From the NCBI GenBank assembly GCA_965213685.1, contig CBDBZY010000031.1, forward strand, positions 32,001 through 96,000: DNA of 64,000 nucleotides, in the 5' to 3' direction. This document shows positions 20,203 through 31,653 of the stretch, one piece after another. Within the stretch, counting starts at the first letter, position 1. Every line of letters begins with the position of its first letter. This DNA comes from a bacterium (GTDB lineage: Bacteria; UBA8248). The notes beneath the pieces were generated by a model, which saw nothing but the letters and a program-made list of their open reading frames with translations, made no database searches and had not been told where the DNA came from. Both the position numbers and the translations under genes were made by a program.

Positions 20203-21594
20203 ATGGGGCATCGCATCGAAACGGACAGCATGGGGGAGATCGAGGTTCCAGCAGACAGATACTATGGCGCGCAGACCGCCCGCTCCCTCGTTCACTTCCG
20301 GATCGGGGAAGACCGCTTCCCCCGCGAGATCATCCGCGCCCTGGGGGTTCTCAAGAAGGCCGCCGCCCTCACCAACGAGGAGCTGGGAATCCTCGATTCC
20401 CGCAAGGCGGCCCTCATCGCCCGGGCGGCGGACGAGGTCATCGCGGGCGGGCTCGACGCGCACTTCCCGCTGGCGGTCTGGCAGACCGGAAGCGGAACGC
20501 AGACGAACATGAACGCCAACGAGGTGATAGCCAACCGCGCGATAGAGCTGGCGGGCGGGCGGATGGGCTCCAAGTCCCCGATCCACCCGAACGACGACGT
20601 GAACAAGGCCCAGTCCTCCAACGACACGTTCCCGACGGCGATGCACATCGCAGCCGCAGCCCAAATCACCGGCAGGCTGATCCCCGCGGTTGACGGGCTC
20701 CGGCGGACGCTCGCGGCGAAGGCGGACGCCTTCGGGGAGATCATCAAAATCGGGCGCACCCATCTGATGGACGCCGTCCCCCTCACCCTCGGACAGGAGT
20801 TCTCCGGCTACGCACAGCAGCTCGAAAACGGGCTGGGGCGCGTCGGGACGGCACTCGACGGCATCTACGAGCTGGCACTCGGCGGAACGGCCGTGGGCAC
20901 CGGACTCAACACGCACCCCGAGTTCGCGGAGCGGGCGGCCGCCAGAATCGCCGCGATGACGAACCTCCCCTTCCGGTCCGCGCCCAACAAGTTCGAGGCA
21001 CTCGCCGCACACGACGCGGTCGTCTTCGCGAGCGGGGCCATGAAGACCCTGGCCGCCGCGCTGATGAAGATCGCCAACGACATACGGATGCTGGCCTCGG
21101 GGCCGAGATGCGGGGTGGGCGAGCTGCGTATCCCCGAGAACGAGCCGGGAAGCTCCATCATGCCCGGCAAGGTCAACCCCACCCAGAGCGAGGCGATGAC
21201 CATGGTCTGCGCCCAGGTGATGGGCAACGACGTGGCCGTGAACATCGGCGGGGCGACGGGGCATTTCGAGCTCAACGTCTTCAAGCCCCTCATGATCTTC
21301 AACCTGCTGAACTCGGTGCGACTGCTGGCCGACGCCTGCGACTCCTTCAACGCCCACTGCGCCGTCGGCATCGAACCGAACCGGCCCGCGATAGACGCCT
21401 ACCTGCGCAACTCGCTCATGCTGGTGACGGCGCTGAACCCCGTCATCGGCTACGACAACGCCGCCAGGGTGGCGAAAAAGGCGTTCGCAGACGGCGGCAC
21501 CCTGCGCGACGCCGCAGTCGCGCTCGATCTGCTCACCGAGGAGGAGTTCGACGCGGCCGTCAAGCCGGAGAAGATGACGGGCCCGGGGGGTTGA
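20203..21594 (+). CDS. fumC: class II fumarate hydratase
   Basis: [37 protein letters not shown]. Confidence 0.97.
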   Translation: MGHRIETDSMGEIEVPADRYYGAQTARSLVHFRIGEDRFPREIIRALGVLKKAAALTNEELGILDSRKAALIARAADEVIAGGLDAHFPLAVWQTGSGTQTNMNANEVIANRAIELAGGRMGSKSPIHPNDDVNKAQSSNDTFPTAMHIAAAAQITGRLIPAVDGLRRTLAAKADAFGEIIKIGRTHLMDAVPLTLGQEFSGYAQQLENGLGRVGTALDGIYELALGGTAVGTGLNTHPEFAERAAARIAAMTNLPFRSAPNKFEALAAHDAVVFASGAMKTLAAALMKIANDIRMLASGPRCGVGELRIPENEPGSSIMPGKVNPTQSEAMTMVCAQVMGNDVAVNIGGATGHFELNVFKPLMIFNLLNSVRLLADACDSFNAHCAVGIEPNRPAIDAYLRNSLMLVTALNPVIGYDNAARVAKKAFADGGTLRDAAVALDLLTEEEFDAAVKPEKMTGPGG

Positions 21595-21651
21595 CGCGGG
21601 CGACCTTTTGCGGACGCTCTCTTTCCTAGCTCGGGCGAGGGCGTTCGCCGT

Positions 21652-23056
21652 TCAGACCAGATAGGGCAGGTCCGGGCGCTCGCCTTTCAGTATCCGCTCC
21701 AGCGTCAGTATCTGAATTTTGGGGAAAGACCCGGAGAGCAGCGACATCGTGGGCGGGAGTGTAAAAACGCCGCTTCCCCTTGCAAATTTCATCATGGCGC
21801 CAGTCGGTTCGTTTCTTGTGATAAACACGCCCACCGGATTTGCGTCATTCAACAATCCCTTCAACGACCGGACGTGCTCTACGTTCACGCGCCCGCTTTT
21901 GACAGAGCAAATGGCGACATTATCGCCTCTCAGGAGAATGCGCCCGTCAATTCCGCCTTAACCTTTCAGCCGCCGCCATTGTCGTTCCGCAGCCGCAGAA
22001 CGGATCAAGCACGAGCCCGCCGGGCGGGCATGACGCGCGAATGATTTTTTCCAGCAGTTTCACGGGCTTTTGTGTGGGATATCCGAGATATTCCTTGTTA
22101 TGCGTGCTGTAGTTCGTGAACCCGGTAGGCTCCAAAATGAGATTTTGCGGGGGATTTCCCTTGTCCGCCTTCGCATAGCGCTTCAATCCCGGCCATTTGC
22201 CTTTTCTCGGATGATGGATCAACCCGGCCTTATCGAGAGCATCCAGCCTTTCATGGATGCCTGCGATGTCCAAATAGCCGGGGATGAACTCGCGAGCGAT
22301 ATATTCCGCGTAATCACCCGTTTTCGGCACAGACCAACCTCTTCCCATGGCATGAACGTCATAATGCTTCCAGGGCGTGGTGCTCGGGCTGCCTTTCGCC
22401 CCCCCCCCCCCCCCCCCCGGGCCCGTCAAATCAGCGGACCGGTACCGCCCGTGTTTGTCTTGAGAAGGATACGCCCGCCGCAATTGCTCCTCCGTTTTGG
22501 GAACCGCTATGGCCCAGCCGTTCCAATAAGCGTCCTTCCCGTTACGATAAAACAAGATGCTGTCGAGTATGCGGCCAAATCGATTCGGATTGTTATGGGA
22601 TGTAGCGCGTTTCCAGGCGATATCGTTTGTGAAATTCTCCGCCCCGAATACTGCATCCATGACGACTTTGAGATAATGGCTGGCCGTATCATCGCAATGG
22701 AGATAGAGAGAGCCGGTCGGCTTCAATATGCGGCGCATCTCCACCAACCTGACGGCCATATTCACCAGATAGGCGCATATCTCCACTTTGCCCAATGCGC
22801 TCAACAGCGCGTTCAATATGCTCCGCGCACCGAAATGCTTCATCTCTCGCAAATGATCGTCGCATTCAGGCGTCCAGGACCACGTATCGTCAAAAGCCAG
22901 TACCTGGCCCTGATCATCGGGATAGATGATGTTGTATGCGCGCTTGGAATTGAACGGGGGGTCGAGGTAAATTAAATCGAATTGCCCGTCTTCCATCTTT
23001 CGCATGATCGGAAGATTGTCGCCATAATAGAGCTTTCTGGTGCCTACCTCACGCAT
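21652..23056 (-). pseudogene. beta-class N6/N4 DNA methyltransferase fused to a C-terminal restriction-endonuclease-like domain, broken by an internal deletion/frameshift near 21950
   Basis: GDNL, IYLDPPF, YPTQKP, DPFCGCGTT, then stop at 21947; another frame (21652-21954) reads GIDGRI...SVKSG...GVFIT...PKIQILT; visibly lower GC than flanks. Confidence 0.75.
22399..22418 (-). repeat. G20 homopolymer (coding strand) inside the methyltransferase gene
   Basis: 20 consecutive C on + strand, read in frame as P-G6-A. Confidence 0.85.
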
Positions 23057-23146
23057 TCGGTCCTTGCCTTCCGTTCGCCCACGCCGTCGGTTCGGTGCGG
23101 GCCATATCGTTTTTTCTCGCCGCCGGACCGAATGAGGAAGCCCGCA

Positions 23147-25865
23147 TCACTCCCCCTCCTCCCTCTTCAAAAGCTGTCGGAGCACATACTGCAGGATGCC
23201 GCCGTGCTGGTAGTAGGCCACCTCGTTGGGCGTGTCGATGCGGACGATGGCGTCGAATGCGACGGGTTCGCCGCCGCCGCTCCCCTCCGGTGCGGCGGTG
23301 ACCCGCACCTTCCTGGCCTCGCCCTGTGCCAGGCCGTCGATGTCGAACACCTCCCGGCCCGTGAGCCCCAGGCTCCCGGCGGTGTCGCCCGGCTGGAACT
23401 GAAGCGGTAGCACGCCCATGCCGACCAGGTTCGAGCGGTGGATGCGCTCGAAGCTCTCGGCGATGACCGCCTTGATTCCCAGCAGGCTCGACCCCTTGGC
23501 GGCCCAGTCGCGCGAGGAGCCCGTGCCGTATTCCTTGCCGCCCAGAACGACGAGGGGGACGCCCGCCTCCCGATACTCCATCGCCGCATCGTAAATGGGC
23601 ATGACCCTGTTCGTCGGGAAATGGGTGGTGAAGCCGCCCTCGGTGCCCGGGGCCACCCGGTTCCTCAGCCGCACGTTGGAGAACGTGCCGCGCATCATCA
23701 CCTCATGGTTCCCGCGCCGGGAGCCGTAGCTGTTGAAATCATTGGGCAGAACGTCGTTCATCACCAGAAACTGGCCGCCCGGGCTGTCGCGCTTGATGGC
23801 ACCGGCCGGCGAGATGTGATCCGTCGTCACCGAATCGCCCAGAAGCGCCAGGCAGCGCGCCCCCCGGATGTCCTCAACGGGCGCGGGCACCGGCTGCATC
23901 CCCTCAAAATAGGGCGCCTTCCGGATGTAGGTGGACATGTCGTCCCACGCGAAGAGGCTGCCCTCCGGCGTCGGGATGCCCTGCCAGCGCAGGTCGCCCC
24001 GGAAAACATCGCCATAGCTCTTCTCGAACATGTCCGCCTTCACGTGGTTCATGACGGTATCCTGGAGCTCGCGCCGGGTGGGCCAGATATCCCGGAGGTA
24101 GACGGGATTGCCGTCCGCATCCTCGCCCAGTGCCTCCGTCGCGATGTCCAGGTCCATCCGGCCGGCGATGGCGTAGGCGACCACCAGGGGCGGGGAGGCC
24201 AGAAAGTTCATGCGCACCTCGGCGTGCACGCGGCCCTCGAAATTCCGGTTGCCCGAGAGCACCGAGCAGGCGACGAGGTCGCCCTCGGCCACCCGCCTTC
24301 GAGATGTGCGCGGGCAGGGGGCCGGAGTTTCCGATGCACGTGGTGCAGCCATATCCCACGTTGTGAAAGCCCAGTCGCTCGAGATAGGGGATGAGTCCCG
24401 CACTCCGCAGGTACTCCGTCACCACCATGGAGCCCGGCGCCAGCGACGTCTTCACCCAGGGCTTCACCTGCAGCCCCCGCTCCGCCGCCTTCTTCGCCAC
24501 CAGGCCCGCGCCCAGCATCACGGACGGGTTCGACGTGTTGGTGCAGCTCGTGATGGCGGCGATGACGACGGCGCCATGCGTCATCTCGTAGGTTCTGGCG
24601 CCCTCTCGCACCGTGACCGCAGCGGCGGGCGCCACGGCCGTCGCGCCGTCCGCGCCTCCCAGCTCGCCCAGCATTTTGTCGAGCTCCCGCTCGAAGGCGG
24701 CCTTGGCGTCGGTCAACGCGATGCGATCCTGCGGGCGCTTGGGGCCGGAGATGCTCGGAACGACGTCCCCCAGGTCGAGCTCCAGCGTGTCGGTATAGGT
24801 CGCCTCGGGGGAATCCGCCTCCCGGAACATGCCCTGCGCCCTGGCGTAGGCCTCCACGAGCGCGATTCGCTCCGCCGGCCTGCCCGTGAGTTGCATATAT
24901 TTCAGCGTTTCATCGTCGATGGGGAAGATGCCGCAGGTGGCGCCGTACTCGGGCGCCATGTTGGCGATCGTCGCGCGATCGGCCAGGGGCAGGTGGTCCA
25001 GGCCCGGGCCGTAGAACTCCACGAACTTGCCGACCACGCCCTTCTCCCGGAGCATCTGGACGACCGCCAGGACGAGGTCCGTGGCCGTGGCGCCCTCGAT
25101 CAGAACCCCGGAGAGCCGAAAGCCGATCACGTCCGGGATGAGCATCGAGTACGGCTGGCCCAGCATGGCGGCCTCGGCCTCGATTCCGCCGACGCCCCAG
25201 CCCAGCACGCCCATGCCGTTGATCATCGTGGTGTGGGAGTCCGTGCCCACGACGGTGTCGGGGAAGGCGCGCGTGACGCCCCCCCTCTCGTCCGTCCCCA
25301 CCACCGGGGAGAGGAACTCCAGGTTCACCTGGTGGACGATGCCGGTATCCGGCGGCACCGCCCGAAAGTTGCGAAACGCGCCCTGTGCCCAGCGGAGAAA
25401 GGCGTAGCGCTCGGTATTCCTGTCGTATTCCAGCTGCGCGTTGTTCTCCAGGGCCGTCCTCGTGCCGAACTCATCCACCTGAACGGAATGATCGATGACC
25501 AGGTCCACAGGCTGCAGGGGGTTGATGAGGTCCGGGTCGCCGCCCAGCGCCTTCATGGCGTCGCGCATGGCGGCGAGGTCCACCACGACGGGAACGCCCG
25601 TAAAATCCTGCAGCAGAACGCGGCTCGGCATGAAGCCGATCTCTTTGGCCGGGTTGTTCTTCGCATCCCAGGAGGCGAGCGCCTCGACGTCGGCGGGGCG
25701 CACGGAGCGCCCGTCCTCGTTTCGCAGGAGATTCTCCAGCAAAACCTTCATGGCGAAGGGGAGCCTGTCGACGTCGCCCTTGCCTTCCAGGGCGCGAATC
25801 CGGTACATCTCATGGGTTTTCCCGCCCACCTCGAGGGAGGAGCGGGCGCCAAAGGTGTTGTTCAT
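23147..25865 (-). CDS. acnA: aconitate hydratase A (apparent +1 G frameshift at 24292-24294)
   Basis: [38 protein letters not shown]; second frame [28 protein letters not shown]. Confidence 0.95.
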
Positions 25866-26120
25866 CGTTCCCCTCATTCAGGCAGGAGTCCCGCCGCCCG
25901 CGTAATATCACGGAAGGCCCGGCTCCGCCCCGTCAAACGCTCCCTGCGTTCAGAACCGCTCCCGGGGGCGATTCCGGCAAAAAGCTATGCCCGAAGCTCG
26001 AAACTATGCCCGGCTGAATCGTATGGAATGGCGGAAAAACGACTTGCTCTGGCGGCATGATACCACAAACGCGCGGAGAGGAGGAGAGCGATTCCGGGCG
26101 GGTGCGCGGGAAAACGCCTC

Positions 26121-26546
26121 TCATGCGTTTTTCACGACCATGTAGGTGGCGGAGGCGAAGCAGGCCAGCTTCTCCTCCTCGCCCAGAACCCGAATCTCCC
26201 ACACCGAGGTTTTCCGGCCGAGGTGCAGTGCCTTCGCCTCGCCGACGAGGACGCCCTGCGAGGCGGGCCGCAGGAAATTGACCTTCATCTCCACCGTCAT
26301 CACTTCCGTGCCGATGGGGTAGCTCACGTAGCTGCCCACGCCCCCGGCGGTATCCGCCAACGCCGCCAGCGCACCGCCGTGCACCACTCCGTGGGGCTGA
26401 AAAAGAGCGGGGCGAACCGGCAGGCCGACCCGGGCGAATCCCCTGCGCGCCTCGAGAACCTCAAAGCCCATGACGTCGTTGAAATTCCCGCGCCAGCGAT
26501 CCCGAAATATCTTTTCGACGTCCTCCCTGCTCCACGACGATTCCAT
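26121..26546 (-). CDS. PaaI family thioesterase
   Basis: HGVVHGGALAALAD, TVEMKVNFLRP. Confidence 0.88.
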   Translation of the reverse strand: MESSWSREDVEKIFRDRWRGNFNDVMGFEVLEARRGFARVGLPVRPALFQPHGVVHGGALAALADTAGGVGSYVSYPIGTEVMTVEMKVNFLRPASQGVLVGEAKALHLGRKTSVWEIRVLGEEEKLACFASATYMVVKNA

Positions 26547-26637
26547 CGCTACCCCTTCGGGCGCACATGGACGGACCCGAGGGACGGCGCACCCGGAAGG
26601 GATGCGCGGAGGGTGCGGGCCGGGCCACGCGCGCCGC

Positions 26638-26952
26638 CTAGCCGAATATCTGCGTCGGCACGCGCCCCCAGGCGGACGGGTCGGTGAGGATGTCGCCATC
26701 CTGGTCTTCGTAGGAGAAAAACAGGATTTCGGTCTCCGTCTTCCTGCCCTTCTTCTCCAGGCGGCGCACGGTGATCGTCGGGACGTGCACGCCCAGCTCA
26801 AAGTTTTTCGCATGACTCACCGAAACGACCGCCCCGAACTTGGCGGCACACCGCTCCAGCTGCTCCCTCGTCGTCCGCACCCGACCGTCCGCAAGCACCG
26901 CTCCGCCAAAATTCTCCGTCAGATCGACCACAAAAATATCCGGTTCCAGCAT
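26638..26952 (-). CDS. small hypothetical protein (104 aa)
   Basis: protein-like composition, GGAGGGAGAGG RBS, co-oriented with neighbours. Confidence 0.6.
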   Translation of the reverse strand: MLEPDIFVVDLTENFGGAVLADGRVRTTREQLERCAAKFGAVVSVSHAKNFELGVHVPTITVRRLEKKGRKTETEILFFSYEDQDGDILTDPSAWGRVPTQIFG

Positions 26953-27079
26953 GATGACGTCCTCTCCCTCCGAGCCGGCAAGCGAAGATAGGCGAGAAAT
27001 CCCGAAACACCCCCCGGGCGCCTGAAAGCGCGGAGTCTAGCAAAATCGGGTCGAGAAGTCTTGCGGCGGGGGGAAACCC

Positions 27080-27853
27080 CTACCAGTCCCAGAACAGCGT
27101 GTACGCCCGGCCGGTGACGGGCTGTCTCTCTTCCCACTCCAGGCACATCTGGCCGGTTCCGCTCAGTATCCGGGGATACATCCGGCGCTTGTTGAAGCTG
27201 TTGGACGCCCCTTGCGACTCCTCCCGCCGGGCGCCCACGATTTTCCGGCCGGCGGGCAGCAGCACCTCGAGCCGAAACGCCTCGGTGGGGTACTCCACGA
27301 CGAGGGTGACCCATTCGTTTCGCGTGGTGAACACGTCCCGCAAGGCCAACTCATGCCGCACCTCGAAAACCTCCCCGTTGCGGATCGCCTCCGGCAGCGG
27401 GAGGGATGCGGAAAAATCCGCTCCGGCGCCCTCGGAGATGCGATACTCCAGGGGCGTCCAATCGGGCGCGCGGCTCTGGGCCTCCTCGATCACCCGATAG
27501 GAATACGCCGCCTCCCGCGCTCCGCTGCCCGTATGGTAGCGCGTCCGTATCCGGGAGAGTTTTCGCAGGGCCAGGCAGCGCCGGACGCCCTCCATGCGCG
27601 CCTCTCTGCCCGCGATGTCCTGGATCGCGTAGGTGCGGGCGTTGAACAGCACGCGATAGTCATAGACGTTGTGTCTTTGCTTCTCCCCCGAAAGAGCGGA
27701 ATCGGAGGGGGGCTCCCCTCCCTCGATGCGGCGGATGCGGGCCTCGAGCGCGCCCATCTTCTTCGCCAGCTCGCGCTGCTGCTGGAGAATCGAAGAAATT
27801 GCGCCGGAGAGCTCCTCGAGTGCGCCCTCCGAGCCGGGGTCCTTGTCCGCCAT
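27080..27853 (-). CDS. hypothetical protein (N-terminal coiled coil, beta-rich C-terminal domain)
   Basis: GGGGGAG RBS; LQQQRELAKKMGALEARIRRIE heptads; ends YTLFWDW. Confidence 0.65.
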   Translation of the reverse strand: MADKDPGSEGALEELSGAISSILQQQRELAKKMGALEARIRRIEGGEPPSDSALSGEKQRHNVYDYRVLFNARTYAIQDIAGREARMEGVRRCLALRKLSRIRTRYHTGSGAREAAYSYRVIEEAQSRAPDWTPLEYRISEGAGADFSASLPLPEAIRNGEVFEVRHELALRDVFTTRNEWVTLVVEYPTEAFRLEVLLPAGRKIVGARREESQGASNSFNKRRMYPRILSGTGQMCLEWEERQPVTGRAYTLFWDW

Positions 27854-27995
27854 GCTCCCCCCAGTCCTCGCGCCGCGCGCCCCGACCGAACGGCCCGCGG
27901 CGGCGGCTTCAGCGTTTTCCCCGCCACCTGAGCAATCCCGCCATCTGGGAAATGGTATATCAAGATACAGCACGCCCCGCGACCCGGGGAATCGC

Positions 27996-29139
27996 CTATC
28001 GCGAGGCGGATCGCGAAGCGCCGTCCCCCGGTGCGATGCGGCGCGGATCCGCCAGTTGTCCGCACGCCGCGAGGATGTCCCCCGCCCTTGCTGATGCGGA
28101 TGGTGGCGAGGACGCCCGCGGCCCGCAACGTCTGACGAAACTCCTCGATTCGCCCGTCGTCCGGCCGCCCGTAGGGTGCCCCCGGAAACGGATTCCACGG
28201 AATCAGGTTCACCTTGCACCTCAGGCCGCGCAACAGCCGCGCGAGTCCCCTGGCATTCTGGCCGGAATCGTTCACGCCCCGGAGCATGACATATTCAAAA
28301 GTGATGCGCCGCCGTTCGGGGATGGGCAGTTTGCGGCATTCATCGACGAGTGCTTGCAGGCTCCATTTCCGGTTGACGGGCACCAACGCGCCCCTGGTCT
28401 CGTCATCCGCCGCGTGAAGCGACACGGCCAACCCCACGCCCGGGGCGGCGGCCACGAAATCCCGGAGCCTGGAGACGACCCCCACCGTGGAGACGGTGAG
28501 CCTTCTGGGGCTGACGGCGCCCGCGTCCGGGTGGGTGAGGATTTTCACGGCGGCGACGGTGGCGTCGAAATTATCGAGCGGCTCCCCCATGCCCATGAAC
28601 ACGACGTTATGAAAACGCTCCCCTTCCGGCAGGCGTCTCCTCGCGGCGAGAAACTGGCCGACGATCTCGCCCGCCGTCAGGTGGCGGACAAAACCCATCT
28701 TCGCCGTGAGGCAAAACGCGCACCCCATCGCGCACCCCACCTGGGTGGAGACGCAAAGCGCCCACCGCGTCGCGCCGCGGACGCTCCGCATCGGTATCCT
28801 GACGCTCTCCACGCGCGCGCCGTCGCCCAGGCGCCACACATATTTTTCCGTCCCGTCCACGCTCCTGGCCTCCCGCTCCAGCTCGAGTGCCTCTATGCGG
28901 GCCGCGCGCTCCAGCTTCGCCCGGAAATCCCGGGGGACGTTCGTCATCCGCGAGAATTCCCGCACGCCGCGGGCATACAGCCAGGAGAAGATTTGCCGCC
29001 CCCTGTATGCGGCCTCGCCCATCCGCTCGCACAACGAGACGAGCTGCGCCTCGTCCATGCCAACCAGCGGGACAGGTTCGGGGGAGGGCGGCGGACCCGC
29101 CCGGTCGGGGGAGGCCTGGAAACGCGCGTCCTGTTTCAT
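27996..29139 (-). CDS. rlmN: dual-specificity RNA methyltransferase RlmN (apparent +1 G frameshift at 28079-28083)
   Basis: CVSTQVGCAMGCAFC, MGMGEP; removing one G restores GGDILAACGQL. Confidence 0.93.
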
Positions 29140-29229
29140 CAACGCACCCACGGTGGTATGGTTTGCCCGTTTTCCTTCGCGCATGAATCATACCACGACC
29201 ATCCATGCCGGGACGGGGAGTGTTCGCTC

Positions 29230-29865
29230 GTGGCCATACGCGCGCTTCTTTTAGACCACGACGGCACGCTTGTCGACAGCTACGAGGGAATCGCGAAGTG
29301 CATGCGCCTCACCTGCCGCGACCTCGGCGTGCCCGATGTGTCGGACGCGGAAATTCTCGCATCCATCGGCCCCACGATCGAGGAGAGATTCGCCGAACTC
29401 TGGGGAGAGGATGCGGCCGGCGAGGCGGTGCGCCTCTACCGCTCCCATTACGAGGCGCATAACATCGCGGGCACCCGCGCCGTTCCGGGGGCGCGGAAAA
29501 CGCTCGAAGCCCTCGCGGGCCGGGGCATCCTGATGGCTTGCGTATCGAACAAGACATGGTTCTTCTGCGAGCGGCAGCTGGCGCACGTCGGGCTTCTTCC
29601 CTATATCGAGACGGTGCTGGGGCACCGCCAGGGATACGCGCCGAAGCCGGACCCCGAGATGCTGTTCGCCGCCCTCGAATCGCTGGGCGTGCCGCCCGAG
29701 GAGGCGCTCATGATCGGGGATACGACGACGGACATACGGGCCGCCAGAAACGCATCCATCCCGGTATGGATCGTCCGGGGGAAATATGCGCAGCCCGATG
29801 AGATACAAAAATGGCGCCCGGACAAATACCTGGAGAAACTGGACGACATCCTGCAATTTTTATGA
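29230..29865 (+). CDS. HAD-family hydrolase (phosphoglycolate phosphatase-like)
   Basis: DHDGTLVDS, SNK, KPDP, IGDTTTD. Confidence 0.88.
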   Translation: MAIRALLLDHDGTLVDSYEGIAKCMRLTCRDLGVPDVSDAEILASIGPTIEERFAELWGEDAAGEAVRLYRSHYEAHNIAGTRAVPGARKTLEALAGRGILMACVSNKTWFFCERQLAHVGLLPYIETVLGHRQGYAPKPDPEMLFAALESLGVPPEEALMIGDTTTDIRAARNASIPVWIVRGKYAQPDEIQKWRPDKYLEKLDDILQFL

Positions 29866-29982
29866 TTTTTCATGTTGCGGGCCGCGCGCGTCCCATATCA
29901 TGGGCGCCTATCCTCGCCCGCGCGGAATCCGCAGAGGGCGCCTGTGCCGAAAAAAGCCGCATCGCGCCCGGGAAACGGAATC

Positions 29983-30693
29983 ATGAACGCGACGGCCGCC
30001 GCCAAAAAGCGAAAAATCCGGGCACTGGCGGACAGGCTCCTCTCCCGCTTCGGCAAGCCGGGGCGCGTCATGCGGCGCGACCTGCTCGACGCCCTGGTGG
30101 AAACCCTCCTCTCGCAAAGCACGACCGACCACAATCGCGACATGGCGTTCCGCTCCCTGAAAAAAACGTTTTCCGGCTGGGATGAAATCGCCGACGCCCC
30201 CCGGACGGCCCTCGCCCAAGCGGTTCGCTCCGCTGGTCTGGGAAACCAGAAGGCCGGGCGCATCCGGGATTTCCTCCGGTGGCTTCGCGCGGATCGCGAA
30301 CAGCTCTCCCTGGAGTTCCTGCATGAGGAGCCGGATGATTTCGCCGTGCGGTATCTCACCCGGCACAAGGGCATCGGCGTCAAGACCGCGTATGTCACCC
30401 TGATGCTGGCGTCGGGCCGGGACCTGTTCGCCGTCGACGTCCACATCCACCGCATCATGACGCGCCTGGGCGTCATCGGGGAGAAAACCACGCCCGAGAA
30501 ATCGCACGCCGAGCTCGCGCCGCTCATCCCGAGGGGGCGCGCCCATGAACTGCACATGAACATGCTGCGCTTCGGCAGAACCATCTGCACCGCCCGCAAC
30601 CCCCGATGCGCGGATTGCGACATGCGGCGCATGTGCCGCTACTACCGCGATGCGAGACGCGACGCCGCCTCTGCGAAACCCGGAAAATCATGA
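29983..30693 (+). CDS. nth: endonuclease III (HhH-GPD, 4Fe-4S)
   Basis: LLSQSTTD, GIGVKTA, AVDVH, CTARNPRCADCDMRRMC. Confidence 0.85.
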   Translation: MNATAAAKKRKIRALADRLLSRFGKPGRVMRRDLLDALVETLLSQSTTDHNRDMAFRSLKKTFSGWDEIADAPRTALAQAVRSAGLGNQKAGRIRDFLRWLRADREQLSLEFLHEEPDDFAVRYLTRHKGIGVKTAYVTLMLASGRDLFAVDVHIHRIMTRLGVIGEKTTPEKSHAELAPLIPRGRAHELHMNMLRFGRTICTARNPRCADCDMRRMCRYYRDARRDAASAKPGKS

Positions 30694-31586
30694 ACTGGAT
30701 TCAGCTGATCGGCCCCGGGGAGCTGCTGGCCATCGCGTCCTCCATCACGTTCTCCGTGGCGCAAACCTTTCTCCGGCAAGGCATCCGGAGCGTATCCCCC
30801 CTGGCCACCGCCCTGATCGTCAACGGAATCGTCAGCGTGGGGGGGCTCGTCATCTCCCTCATGAAAGGCACCCTCCTCACGTCCAGGCCTGCGACGATCC
30901 TCTGGTATGCCGCCGTGGGCGCCACGGGCCCCACGATCGGAAGATATTGCTACCTGATAGCCGTCTCCCGCATCGGCCTCAGCCGCACCGTGCCCATCTC
31001 GTCTGCGGCCCCCATCTGGGGAACCCTCTTCGCCGTCCTGTTCCTGGGCGAGGCGCCGACGCCCGTCGTCCTGTTCGGCACCCTCGGCATCGTCGTCGGC
31101 GTATCCATCCTCGGCATACAGGACGACAGGTCGCAATCTTTCAGAAGCTGGTTTCAGGGGGCGCTGATATTTCCGCTCATCGCATCGCTCGCCTATGCGG
31201 CGGCGCCCATCTTCGCCAAACTCGCCTATACGCATCAGTTGACGCCCGCCGTCGGCATGGCCGTCTCCTTCACCACGGCCAACTGCCTTCTTCTGGCCGC
31301 AAAGCCCATCCTGCCCGGGCAAAAAGACATCTGCGGGGACAGAGCTGGCCTCATCTGGGTGGGAGGCGCGGGCCTCATCGGCGTTTGCAGCTCCTACATG
31401 CTCTGGACGGCTTTTACCCTCTCCAGCGTATCCACCGTCCTGCCACTGAGCCGAATCGCGCCGATCTGGGTGCTGATTCTCAGCTATTTTTTCCTGGGGA
31501 AACTCGAAACGATCAACTACAAGACCGTGCTGGCCACCATCTGCGTCGTCATCGGCGGAGTGCTGATCACCGCTTTCCGGAACTAG
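30690..31586 (+). CDS. EamA/DMT family transporter
   Basis: about ten hydrophobic segments in two repeats, LFLGE. Confidence 0.88.
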   Translation: MNWIQLIGPGELLAIASSITFSVAQTFLRQGIRSVSPLATALIVNGIVSVGGLVISLMKGTLLTSRPATILWYAAVGATGPTIGRYCYLIAVSRIGLSRTVPISSAAPIWGTLFAVLFLGEAPTPVVLFGTLGIVVGVSILGIQDDRSQSFRSWFQGALIFPLIASLAYAAAPIFAKLAYTHQLTPAVGMAVSFTTANCLLLAAKPILPGQKDICGDRAGLIWVGGAGLIGVCSSYMLWTAFTLSSVSTVLPLSRIAPIWVLILSYFFLGKLETINYKTVLATICVVIGGVLITAFRN

Positions 31587-31653
31587 CCCTCCCCGGGGGG
31601 AGGCCGAGACGCCCCCCTCTCCGGACAACGCCCGAACGCCCGCGCCCAGCCCC

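Noticed and set aside
27490-29184. 564-aa RlmN fusion protein
   Set aside because: Run-on caused by the extra G at 28079-28083; the corrected frame ends at 27996.
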